A stretch of DNA of 64,000 nt, taken from the NCBI GenBank assembly GCA_031362565.1, contig JANLSU010000073.1:1-64000 (forward strand). The letters are read 5' to 3'. Source of the DNA: a bacterium. Lineage in GTDB: Bacteria > Krumholzibacteriota > Krumholzibacteriia > G020349025. Positions 38,267 through 48,197 of the stretch are shown here, piece by piece. Positions within the stretch are counted from its first letter, which is position 1. Each line of letters opens with the position of its first letter. Position numbers and translations under genes: made by a program. The notes beneath the pieces were generated by a model that had not been told where the DNA came from, did not search any database, and was given only the letters and a program-made list of their open reading frames with translations.

Positions 38267-38576
38267 CTGCGCCGCGCAGTTCTACACCCGCCTCTTCGGT
38301 TGGTCGGTGAGCGCCGACAATCCGCTCGGCTACCGGATGATCGATACGGGTTCTTCGAAAGGCATTCCCGGCGGCATCTGGCCAGCACCGCCCGATGCGC
38401 CGTCCTTCGTGCAGCTGTTCGTGGAAGTCGAAGATGTCGCAGCGACACTCGACCAAGCCCGCGAGTTGGGTGGCAACATCGTCATTCCGCCCGCCAAGCT
38501 TCCCGGCGGCGATGAGATGGCCGTGTTCGTGGATCCCGAGGGCATCCCGATCGCGGTGTACCGGCCGGGGGCCTGA
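38220..38576 (+). CDS. VOC/glyoxalase family protein
   Basis: FYTRLFGW, VEVEDVAATL, AVFVDPEG; RBS AAGGAG. Confidence 0.88.
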   Translation: MGRPVMKWQILAKNPDCAAQFYTRLFGWSVSADNPLGYRMIDTGSSKGIPGGIWPAPPDAPSFVQLFVEVEDVAATLDQARELGGNIVIPPAKLPGGDEMAVFVDPEGIPIAVYRPGA

Positions 38577-38587
38577 CCGACTCGATC

Positions 38588-38938
38588 TCAGAGGCGCGCC
38601 GGTTCTGATTCGGTGGGGAGCGCGGCATCGAGCCATCCCACGATTCCGGCCGACATGACCTTCACGTTGGTGTATCCCATCCGCTCCGCCCGGCGAGCTG
38701 CGCCGGGCGCTTTTCTGCACATGGAGTTGGAGCAATAGAACACCAGCATGGAGTCCTTCGCCGACGGGAGATCGCTCCCGTCGTAGTCAACCGGATCCAG
38801 ATTCACCGCGCCTGGAACATGGGCCGTCTCCCATCGCGGCCGAGGATTCACGTCGATGGCGGTCACCGACCCGCTTTGAATCAATTGATACAACCCGCCC
38901 GGCGAGATCGTCTTCAGCCCCATCAGTCGTGCGATCAT
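38588..38938 (-). CDS. Rhodanese-like domain protein
   Basis: AIDV, HVPGA, LVFYC, GIVGW. Confidence 0.85.
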   Translation of the reverse strand: MIARLMGLKTISPGGLYQLIQSGSVTAIDVNPRPRWETAHVPGAVNLDPVDYDGSDLPSAKDSMLVFYCSNSMCRKAPGAARRAERMGYTNVKVMSAGIVGWLDAALPTESEPARL

Positions 38939-38972
38939 GCGTGGTTCTCCTTCTCCTGCGTGGTTCGAGCCT

Positions 38973-39557
38973 TCAGCAGGTGCGCCGCGATCGAATGGCG
39001 TATCCGGCCTGGACCAGCAGGCCGCTTCCGACCACCAGCAGGGATGCGGGTTCGGCGACGCCGATGGGCAGACCGAGCCAGGCGATCGTGAACGCCAGAC
39101 CGGTCAGCACCCAAATCCAGCCACCGACACGTCGATAGGCCTGGGCGCTCGCGGCGTCGCCACGCCGCGCTGAAAGCGGGGTGAGCACTTTCGGCATCGC
39201 GTTCCCGGTGAAAACGAAGAAGGCGCCCATGATGACCATGATGGTTCGGTCAGAGACTTCGGCGTCATGGATGACACCCAGCGTGGCCGCGAGTTTCAAG
39301 CCCAGCGCGCTCACAAGAATCAGGCCCGCGAACACGATGCCGGTCCCGATGGAATCCGCGGCGAGATTCTGGCCGCCTTCGTTTCCCGCGCGCCGCCGGA
39401 CGCGCCGCAAGACAAGGGACATGCAACCGAGAAGGAGCAGGGCAGCTCCCCAGGCTGGCGCGCGCTCGGGCCGCAGAGCCCAGTCTGCCGCGGCGAGCGC
39501 GGTACCCAGCACCAGCAGTGCGGGCGCAAAGTAGAACGAGATCGGCTTCGTTGCCAT
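38973..39557 (-). CDS. SdpI-like integral membrane protein
   Basis: About 6 TM segments, GNAMPK motif, downstream of an SdpR-like regulator; RBS AGGAGG. Confidence 0.65.
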   Translation of the reverse strand: MATKPISFYFAPALLVLGTALAAADWALRPERAPAWGAALLLLGCMSLVLRRVRRRAGNEGGQNLAADSIGTGIVFAGLILVSALGLKLAATLGVIHDAEVSDRTIMVIMGAFFVFTGNAMPKVLTPLSARRGDAASAQAYRRVGGWIWVLTGLAFTIAWLGLPIGVAEPASLLVVGSGLLVQAGYAIRSRRTC

Positions 39558-39559
39558 GG

Positions 39560-39892
39560 TCACGCCTCCTTGAGCGGACGCCGTTTTGCGAGGGTCTTGC
39601 CGGCAAGAGAACTCGCCCCGCCCGGTGTCTTCATCTGCCATCCCAGCGTCTGCGCGAAACCGAGTAGCGCATCCTCGAGCACCGACATTTTCAGGCGATA
39701 GAGGATTGTTCTGCCGCTCTTCTCCGCCTCGATCAGCCCGGCGTCGAGCAACACGGCGAAGTGCGCCGACATGGTCGGCTTCGAGACCGGAAAGTGATCC
39801 GACAACTCGCCAGCCAGCAGCGGCCGCTCGCGCAGCAGTTGGAGCACCCGGCGCCGGGTCGGATCCGACAGAGCCTTGAAGACCGCGTTCAT
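39560..39892 (-). CDS. ArsR/SmtB family repressor (SdpR-like)
   Basis: VFKALSDPTRRRVLQLL...SKPTMSAHFAVL...LKMSVLED. Confidence 0.9.
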   Translation of the reverse strand: MNAVFKALSDPTRRRVLQLLRERPLLAGELSDHFPVSKPTMSAHFAVLLDAGLIEAEKSGRTILYRLKMSVLEDALLGFAQTLGWQMKTPGGASSLAGKTLAKRRPLKEA

Positions 39893-39898
39893 GGTTCC

Positions 39899-39928
39899 AT
39901 TGTTAGCTAACAATCTAACTGTTGTCAA
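39899..39928 (-). promoter_or_regulatory. Promoter and palindromic operator of the ArsR operon
   Basis: TTGACA (39928-39923); perfect palindrome ATTGTTAGCTAACAAT at 39899-39914 over the -10 region. Confidence 0.75.
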
Positions 39929-40032
39929 CGGGTCCGTCGAGCTGCTTGCCCGCCCACGGCAACTTGTGTTGAGGTTGGTGGGTTCCGTGGGCTCCGGCTC
40001 CCCGCCTTGGAGAAGTCACGAAGGGAGTGGTG

Positions 40033-40434
40033 ATGATGGGTTGGTTCATGCTGCTGGCTCTGCTGGCTCTCCCAGGCTCGGCGCGCGCCGGGACACTCGC
40101 ACCGGTTCCCGCGAGCGCGCCGCTCGCCTGCCGAACCGACCGGTTCACGCCGGAACAAAACAAGCGCCACGCGGCACTTCTTGAGCGGGTGATGGGCGCG
40201 CTCGAAGCGACCACCGAACTCGCGGATGGCTACCAGTGGAACGTCGACCAGCAGCGTGTTTCGTTCGCCGAGCTCACGGAGTGGATTTCACTGGAAGGAA
40301 TGTGTTGCCCGTTCTTCACCTTCGGCGTCGAGTGGGCACCGGCGGGCGCGCTGCGTCTCCGGCTCACCGGTGAGCCGGCGGCGAAGGCCGTGTTGCAGAC
40401 GTTCGCGCCACCGCCCGCGACGGACGGGCATTAG
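40033..40434 (+). CDS. Exported small protein with CCPF motif (possible metal binding)
   Basis: Signal peptide; ACR..., LEGMCCPFFTF; exact start among 40027-40048 uncertain. Confidence 0.65.
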   Translation: MMGWFMLLALLALPGSARAGTLAPVPASAPLACRTDRFTPEQNKRHAALLERVMGALEATTELADGYQWNVDQQRVSFAELTEWISLEGMCCPFFTFGVEWAPAGALRLRLTGEPAAKAVLQTFAPPPATDGH

Positions 40435-41528
40435 AACGGTGAACGCAAGCTGGGATTGTTGACGAAGGACGAGTCGGAGAGCGTCATGAGAAACGCGATG
40501 AGGTCTTGCTTGTCCTGGGCGGAGAGCCCCAGCGTGCGGCCGTTGACGCGGATGAACGGGTTCAGGCTGGGCGTATATTTGGCGTGTGAGTCGTAGTGGT
40601 CGAGTACCTCTTCGAGGGTCGCGAAGCGGCCGTCATGCATGTACGGCGCTGTGAATTCGATGTTGCGCAGTGTCGGCGTCTTGAACTTGCCGATGTCATT
40701 GTCGTCGAGCGAGATGACGCTGCGCCCCGGATCGGCAAAGATGGAATCGAGGCCGTTGTTCTGAAAGCCGAAATCCGTGAACATCACGTCGACGTGGCAG
40801 TGAAAGCAGTCGGCCTTCTCGGTGATGAACATCGCGTAGCCGCGGTGTTCGCTCGCCGTCAGGGTGCGGGTGCCGCGCAGCACGAAGTCGTACGGTGAAT
40901 TCGCCGAAACCATCGTCCGTTCGAACTGCGCGATGGCTTTGACGGTGCGATCCCGGGAAATCTCCGGAGTGCGAAACGCGGCTCGGAAGAGGGCCGGGTA
41001 CACCGGGCTGCGCTGGAGCCGTCGCACGGCGACCGTCCACGGCAAATCCATTTCGTCATGGGCGGGAACTGGATCGCCCGCTTGCTCCTCGAGCGTCGCA
41101 CGGCGCCCCTCCCAGAATTGCGCCCGGTTCCAGCCGATGTTCGTCAGCGACGGCGCACTGCGCCGCCCGTCGAGGCCCCGGATGCCGCGGCTGACGCGCC
41201 GGCCATGGTCCGTGAATGCGAATTCCGGCGCATGACACGAGGCACACGACATCGTGCTGTCACCGGAAAGGATCGTGTCGTAGAACAGACGGCGGCCCAA
41301 TTCGACGCCTTGGCGTGTGGTGGGGTTGTCCGGTGGTACCACCATGGCGGGAAAGCCGGGCGCGCTGATTGCCAACGGATCAGGCGCCGGTCCCAAATCG
41401 TCGTTCGGTGGCGTCGGCGACGATCCGCCGCAGCCGGCGCCGATCGCGACGCACATCGCCGCTGCGATCGCCGTCGCGGCTCCGATCGACGTGCGCACCC
41501 CACGCCGGGACGCCTCAAGGCGCGTCAT
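40431..41528 (-). CDS. Di-heme cytochrome c peroxidase family (MbnH/MauG-like) lipoprotein
   Basis: CASCH and CFHCH; QFWEGR; FKTPTLRN..TAPYMHDG; lipobox GAG-C. Confidence 0.9.
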   Translation of the reverse strand: MTRLEASRRGVRTSIGAATAIAAAMCVAIGAGCGGSSPTPPNDDLGPAPDPLAISAPGFPAMVVPPDNPTTRQGVELGRRLFYDTILSGDSTMSCASCHAPEFAFTDHGRRVSRGIRGLDGRRSAPSLTNIGWNRAQFWEGRRATLEEQAGDPVPAHDEMDLPWTVAVRRLQRSPVYPALFRAAFRTPEISRDRTVKAIAQFERTMVSANSPYDFVLRGTRTLTASEHRGYAMFITEKADCFHCHVDVMFTDFGFQNNGLDSIFADPGRSVISLDDNDIGKFKTPTLRNIEFTAPYMHDGRFATLEEVLDHYDSHAKYTPSLNPFIRVNGRTLGLSAQDKQDLIAFLMTLSDSSFVNNPSLRSPF

Positions 41529-42324
41529 GGACCACCGTTCCGATCTGGAACACATGCGCACCGTTTTCGTGCAGCGCTTGCAATGCCGCTGGATTCTCCA
41601 TCTCGTTCTCGCGGCCGAGGTTGGTGAAATCGAACTGGGTTGGCGTCGCGAACCAGGCGTTCACGTCCATGACCACATGCAACGTCCAGGCATCGACGGC
41701 GACTTGCAGTGTTAGTGGGATTTCGACTTGGAAACCAGGATCGAGCGGCACCGGATCGGTGCTGCGGTGCAGTCGCCCAAGATGCGCCAACCAAGCGACT
41801 TGACCGCCGATGTCGGTGAAACGGCCGTCCAGCTGCATGTAGTGGTAGCCGCCGCCGTTCAAGGCGGGCCACGTCATGTTCGAGTTTTCGACCGTGCCCG
41901 GAAGCCCGCCCTGGTGGTTGTGCGCCGCGTCGACACCGAACGTGAAACGCAGTGCCGTGTACTGACCATTCGGCGCCTCAATCACGAGGTTGCGCGTCGT
42001 TTCGATGGCCGCGTCTCGATAGAAGACCTCCGGGCCGGCGGCGCTCCCGTCGGCGCGCACCAACTCGATGCCCGAGATGTAGTAGCGCAAGTCGAAGACG
42101 TTGTAGTCGTTGCCGGCGGCGTTCTGGTACCGGGCCGAATTCAAAGTCAGCGGCGCGCCGCTCACTTGGTGATCGAAGGCGATCGTGACGTGGCCCGTGG
42201 GAGCAGGGGCGGCCGACTTGTCGCAGCCGCTGCCGAGCGCCAAAACGATCGCCAAGGCGCCGCCGGCGATCGCGGCGCCACGAAATACGTCCCCGGGCTT
42301 GCGGCAGGATCGGTCGAAGGTCAT
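41515..42324 (-). CDS. MbnP family protein
   Basis: Lipobox GSG-C; DLRYYIS, YTALRFTFGVD, MTWP..GGGYHYMQLDG; directly upstream of the MbnH-like gene. Confidence 0.78.
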   Translation of the reverse strand: MTFDRSCRKPGDVFRGAAIAGGALAIVLALGSGCDKSAAPAPTGHVTIAFDHQVSGAPLTLNSARYQNAAGNDYNVFDLRYYISGIELVRADGSAAGPEVFYRDAAIETTRNLVIEAPNGQYTALRFTFGVDAAHNHQGGLPGTVENSNMTWPALNGGGYHYMQLDGRFTDIGGQVAWLAHLGRLHRSTDPVPLDPGFQVEIPLTLQVAVDAWTLHVVMDVNAWFATPTQFDFTNLGRENEMENPAALQALHENGAHVFQIGTVVHDAP

Positions 42325-42442
42325 CGTTTGGTGCCTCACCGGATCGGGGAGGGGACAGGGGCGAGGTGCTCCTTCCAATATGATAGGCGCTGACCCCCCG
42401 TTCAAGCGGGCGCCCGCGGAGGTTTCGGTGCCGGTCTCACGA

Positions 42443-43585
42443 ATGAACCCGATCTTGACCGCCTTGGCCGGCGGTCTGCTCGTGGCATCCCCAAGCAGCG
42501 CAAGGACTTGGCACGTGCCATCGGTGGTGCCGACGATCCAAGCTGGGATCGATTCCGCGGCCGTGGGTGACACCGTGCTGGTGGCGCCGGGGACCTACAC
42601 CGGAGATGGCAACCGCGACATCGATTTTTTGGGCAAGAATATCGTCGTCCGATCCTCGGCCGGGGCCGGCGTCACGACGATCGATGTGGAGTCCGGCGTC
42701 GGGAATCCGCATCGCGGCTTTTACATCGCGCGTGGTGAAGGTCCGGCAGCGGTGCTCGACGGCTTTACCATCGTGCGTGGCTATATGGGTACGCGTCCCG
42801 GCGTGGTCGCCGCGGCCGGTTTGCCGCGCACCGCACACGATTTGAGTGGCGGCGGCATCAAGTGCCAGGACGCTTCTCCGACGCTTCGGAATCTCGTGCT
42901 CCGCAATTGCGGCAGCGAGTACACCGGCGGCGGCCTCGATTTCGAAGTCCTCGCGGCGCCGCTGGTGACCAACTGTGTTATCGAAGGCTGTTTCGCGGGT
43001 TTTCAAGGCGGCGGCATCACCATCGAATCGCTGTCGAGCCCGACGATTCGCGATTGCGTCGTGACCGGCTGCGCGGCGCAGTTTGGCGGCGGGATCGGCT
43101 GCAGCGCCTTCGGCACGATCACCAACTGTATCTTCGCCGGCAACAAGGCGGTGACGATTCCGCCTTGGAACGGCCCGCCGTTTGGGGCCGGAATCGCGGT
43201 GAAAGGCCAGGGGACGCCGCAATTCCAGCGGGTCCTCGTCGGCAACGACTGCACTCCCGACGGCGCCGGCGACATCTTTATCGAGACGCAGGCGACGTTC
43301 GCGGTGGGCTGCAGCGTCTTCGACCCCGACAACATCGTCAAACAGGGGTTCGGTGCCATTTCGGTCACGAGCCCGAATGTGGCGGGGCGGCCGGCGTTCT
43401 GCTTTCCGCTCGACTGCGGGCTGGCGCCGGTCGTGGGCGGGGACTACCACCTGCAGGCGGGGTCGCCGGGGCTGGTGGCGACGAGCCCGTGCGGGCAGGA
43501 CATTGGGCCGCTGGGGCAGGGGTGTGTGGCGCAGACGCGGGTGGAGGGGGTTTCGTGGGGGCGGGTGAAGGGGATGTATCGGTAG
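42443..43585 (+). CDS. Secreted right-handed beta-helix (pectin-lyase fold) protein with C-terminal WGRVKGMYR tail
   Basis: TIQAGIDSAAVGDTVLVAPGTY, GGGI repeats, DYHLQAGSP; shared C-terminal motif. Confidence 0.85.
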   Translation: MNPILTALAGGLLVASPSSARTWHVPSVVPTIQAGIDSAAVGDTVLVAPGTYTGDGNRDIDFLGKNIVVRSSAGAGVTTIDVESGVGNPHRGFYIARGEGPAAVLDGFTIVRGYMGTRPGVVAAAGLPRTAHDLSGGGIKCQDASPTLRNLVLRNCGSEYTGGGLDFEVLAAPLVTNCVIEGCFAGFQGGGITIESLSSPTIRDCVVTGCAAQFGGGIGCSAFGTITNCIFAGNKAVTIPPWNGPPFGAGIAVKGQGTPQFQRVLVGNDCTPDGAGDIFIETQATFAVGCSVFDPDNIVKQGFGAISVTSPNVAGRPAFCFPLDCGLAPVVGGDYHLQAGSPGLVATSPCGQDIGPLGQGCVAQTRVEGVSWGRVKGMYR

Positions 43586-43654
43586 GGGGACGGCGGACCA
43601 CACCTCCCCGCCCCTTACACGGCCCTTCGGGCCGTGTGACTAGGCCTTGACAGT

Positions 43655-43681
43655 TTGGCAGTCGCAAGTACAGAGTGCTAA
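43655..43681 (+). promoter_or_regulatory. CIRCE element (HrcA operator)
   Basis: TTGGCAGTC-N9-GAGTGCTAA vs consensus TTAGCACTC-N9-GAGTGCTAA; TTGACA at 43647-43652; upstream of groEL. Confidence 0.9.
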
Positions 43682-43795
43682 CAGGCTTCGGGACGGCTGC
43701 CAGCGCGGCCTAACCCCAAATTTTACAGATGGTTCCATACCAGAGACCGAAGTCAAAACCGCTGCCGGGCCCGGCCCGCACGCGGGCGCTCGTGA

Positions 43796-45487
<1,692 letters not shown>

Positions 45488-45517
45488 TCCGTGCTCGCTG
45501 CCGCTCACATCGGCATC

Positions 45518-45552
45518 GCGGGGGTCGGCAGGGCCGGCCCCCGCGCCGTTTT
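45518..45552 (+). terminator. Probable groEL terminator
   Basis: GCGGGGGTCGGC-agg-GCCGGCCCCCGC followed by gccgTTTT. Confidence 0.55.
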
Positions 45553-45702
45553 GCGACCGTCGTGCCGCCGCCTCTCCGCACCCCGCTCGAGAGCGATGGC
45601 CTTCTTGAAGGGACGGTGCCGGTCCCCTTCGAAGTGTCGGGAGACTCCAGGCGCGTCATTCCGCTGGATTCCGAAGGCCGTTGTGGAGGATCATCGCACC
45701 CG

Positions 45703-46923
45703 ATGATGGATTCGTCGCACGCAGGCCTGCCACAGCACCCAGTCGCGACCACGGAGCTCACCTTCGCGGCACTCGGTCTCTCGGAGTCCGCGTTGCGCTG
45801 TGTGACGCAGCTCGGCTTCGTGCACCCGACCCCCATCCAGGCCGAAGTGATTCCGACCGCACTCACCGGCCGCGATCTCATCGGTTTGGCGGAGACCGGC
45901 TCCGGTAAGACCGCCGCTTTCGCACTGCCGATCGCCGAGCGCCTGACGCATGGGCACGGACTGCGCGGCCTCATTCTGGCGCCGACGCGCGAAATCGCCC
46001 TGCAGACCAAGGCGTTCCTCGATATTTTTGGTGAGCACCACCACTTGCGCACCGTCTGTTTGATCGGCGGCGTCAAGATCGGCCCGCAGATCGATCAGCT
46101 CAAGAAGCCGCCGGACATCATCGTGGCGACACCGGGACGCTGCCTCGATCACGTGCAGCGCCGCACGGTGAAACTCGATGGAGTCGTGGAGCTCGTTCTC
46201 GACGAAGCCGATCACATGCTCGACATGGGGTTTTGGCCGCAGGTAGAGCGGATTCTGCACGAACTGCCGCGCGAACGGCACACGATGATGTTCTCGGCTA
46301 CCATGCCGGGGCCCATCGAACGGCTGGCATCGCGCTTCATGAAGGACCCCCTGCGCGTCGACATCACGCCCCAGGGCATGACGGCGTCGGGCATCAGCCA
46401 CCGGTTGTATCTCGTCAACACGACCGACAAGAAGGCGTGCATCCTGGCCCTCTTGCACCAGGAACTCGGCAGCACGCTGGTGTTCATCCGCCGCAAGATG
46501 GACGCCGATTGGCTGTTCCGGGTGCTGCAGAAGGAAGGCCACCCGGTCGACGTGATCCACTCGGATCGCACCCAAGGCCAGAGAGTCGACGCGCTGGAGG
46601 GCTTTCGCGAAGGCCAGCACCGTATCCTCGTCGCCACCGATATCGCGGCGCGCGGGATCGACGTGCGCGGTATCCAGCACGTGATCAACTTCGACATTCC
46701 CGACACCGTCGAGGATTACGTCCACCGCAGCGGGCGTACGGCACGTGCCGACGCGGTCGGCATCGTCTCGACGATCGCGACCTGGATGGACAAGTCGATC
46801 ATCATGCAGATCGAACAGGCCATCGAGCAGCAACTGCCGCGCTGCACCGTCCCCGGCGTCGAGCCCTACGTCGAGTCGAAGCCGCGGGCGCGCAGCCGCT
46901 CCGGCCGGCCGATGCGGCGCTGA
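45703..46923 (+). CDS. DEAD-box RNA helicase (RhlE-like)
   Basis: Q motif PTPIQ, AETGSGKT, PTREIA, DEAD, SAT, HRSGRTAR. Confidence 0.96.
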   Translation: MMDSSHAGLPQHPVATTELTFAALGLSESALRCVTQLGFVHPTPIQAEVIPTALTGRDLIGLAETGSGKTAAFALPIAERLTHGHGLRGLILAPTREIALQTKAFLDIFGEHHHLRTVCLIGGVKIGPQIDQLKKPPDIIVATPGRCLDHVQRRTVKLDGVVELVLDEADHMLDMGFWPQVERILHELPRERHTMMFSATMPGPIERLASRFMKDPLRVDITPQGMTASGISHRLYLVNTTDKKACILALLHQELGSTLVFIRRKMDADWLFRVLQKEGHPVDVIHSDRTQGQRVDALEGFREGQHRILVATDIAARGIDVRGIQHVINFDIPDTVEDYVHRSGRTARADAVGIVSTIATWMDKSIIMQIEQAIEQQLPRCTVPGVEPYVESKPRARSRSGRPMRR

Positions 46924-46967
46924 TCCTGCCATGAGTCCAAGCCGCCATCCCCGGCGCGGGTGAAGCC

Positions 46968-47813
46968 ATGCCGCTGCCATCTCCGCCGCCGCGTGTCGTC
47001 GTGCTCGTGTTGGCGTGGAACGGCAGGGCGCTCACCGAAGCCTGCATCGCGTCGTATCTGGCGCAGGACTATCCGAACTTCGAAGTGCATGTCGTCGACA
47101 ATGCGTCGACCGATGGCACGCCGGCGGCACTGCGGGCGCGCTTTGGGGACCGCATTCGGCTGCTCGAGAACGGCTCGAACTTGCTCTTCGCGGGCGGGAT
47201 GAACGTCGGGCTGCGCGCTGCCTTGGCGCGCGGCGCCGAGTACATCTTGCTCTCCAACAACGATGTCGAAGCCGACCCGGGGCTCTTGCGGGCCCTCATG
47301 GAGCGCCTTCTTGCGGCGCCACGGATCGGCGCCGTAGCACCCAAGATCTATTACTTCGAGCCCCGTGATGTGATCTGGTTTGCGGGGGCGGATCTGCCGT
47401 TGTGGACCGGTTGGTCGCGGCATCGGGGCCTGCGTGAGGTCGATCGCGGCCAATATGATCGCGCGCTCGAGTGCGACTACTTGACGGGGTGTGCTTTCCT
47501 CGTGCGCCGCACGGCGCTCGAGGAGGTCGGACTCTTCGACACCGGTTACGCCATGTATGCCGAGGATGCCGACTGGTGCTTCCGGGCGCGGCGCCTCGGG
47601 TGGCGTTTGTTCTACGAACCGCAGGCGCGGCTCTGGCATCACGTATCGGCGGCGGCCGGCGCCCGTTCGTGGTTCAAGGTGCGCCGCCGCATCGCCAGCC
47701 AACTGCGTTTCTTGCGCCGCCATGCACGCTGGTACCACTGGTTCGTCATTCCGTTCGGCACTGCGGCAGAGGCGTGTCGCATCGCCGCGGTCTTGGTGCG
47801 ACAGCGCCGCTGA
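46968..47813 (+). CDS. Glycosyltransferase family 2
   Basis: VVDNASTD, NND, TGCAFLVR, YAEDADWC. Confidence 0.92.
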   Translation: MPLPSPPPRVVVLVLAWNGRALTEACIASYLAQDYPNFEVHVVDNASTDGTPAALRARFGDRIRLLENGSNLLFAGGMNVGLRAALARGAEYILLSNNDVEADPGLLRALMERLLAAPRIGAVAPKIYYFEPRDVIWFAGADLPLWTGWSRHRGLREVDRGQYDRALECDYLTGCAFLVRRTALEEVGLFDTGYAMYAEDADWCFRARRLGWRLFYEPQARLWHHVSAAAGARSWFKVRRRIASQLRFLRRHARWYHWFVIPFGTAAEACRIAAVLVRQRR

Positions 47814-47818
47814 CATCC

Positions 47819-47851
47819 AAAAAAAACGGCCCCAGGCGAACCCGGAGCCGT
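47819..47851 (-). terminator. Orphan minus-strand Rho-independent terminator
   Basis: Minus strand ACGGCTCCGGG-TTCG-CCTGGGGCCGT then a T-run; the G-U pairs work only on the - strand. Confidence 0.75.
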
Positions 47852-47940
47852 GGAAATCTCTCGCCGTTCGGCGCGGAGTCAGAACGAGGGTGTTTTAACT
47901 GGCCGCCGGCCGAGAGACTCCGGCGGCGAGGAGCCTAGCA

Positions 47941-48039
47941 ATCTTCCAGACACACCGCGAGCCCCCAGGCGCACTTCGAATTCATTTTCCAGACACCTCC
48001 CGGCCGCCAACTGCGGCCGCGGGAGTATTTTCCAGACAC
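47941..48039. repeat. Three direct repeats ATYTTCCAGACAC with exact 43-bp period
   Basis: Copies at 47941-47953, 47984-47996 and 48027-48039; 30-bp unrelated spacers. Confidence 0.85.
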
Positions 48040-48197
48040 TTCGCACCAGCCGGCCGCCGGAATCACCGGTATCGCGCCGGGCGGTGGCATTGCTTTTGCC
48101 TTTTTCGGGGCAGATGCCGCAATTTCCCGGGGGGTCCGGCTCGTAGCCGCCACGATCCCGCAGCGCCAACAAGCCGCGACGCCATGGAGAAACATCG

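Noticed and set aside
47985..48036. TTTTCCAGA as DnaA boxes / replication origin
   Set aside because: Mismatch in the conserved CACA end, no AT-rich unwinding element and no origin-associated genes nearby
47941..48039. CRISPR array interpretation of the 43-bp-period repeats
   Set aside because: 13-bp repeats are much shorter than CRISPR repeats, only three copies, non-palindromic, and no cas genes in the window; kept as an unexplained repeat
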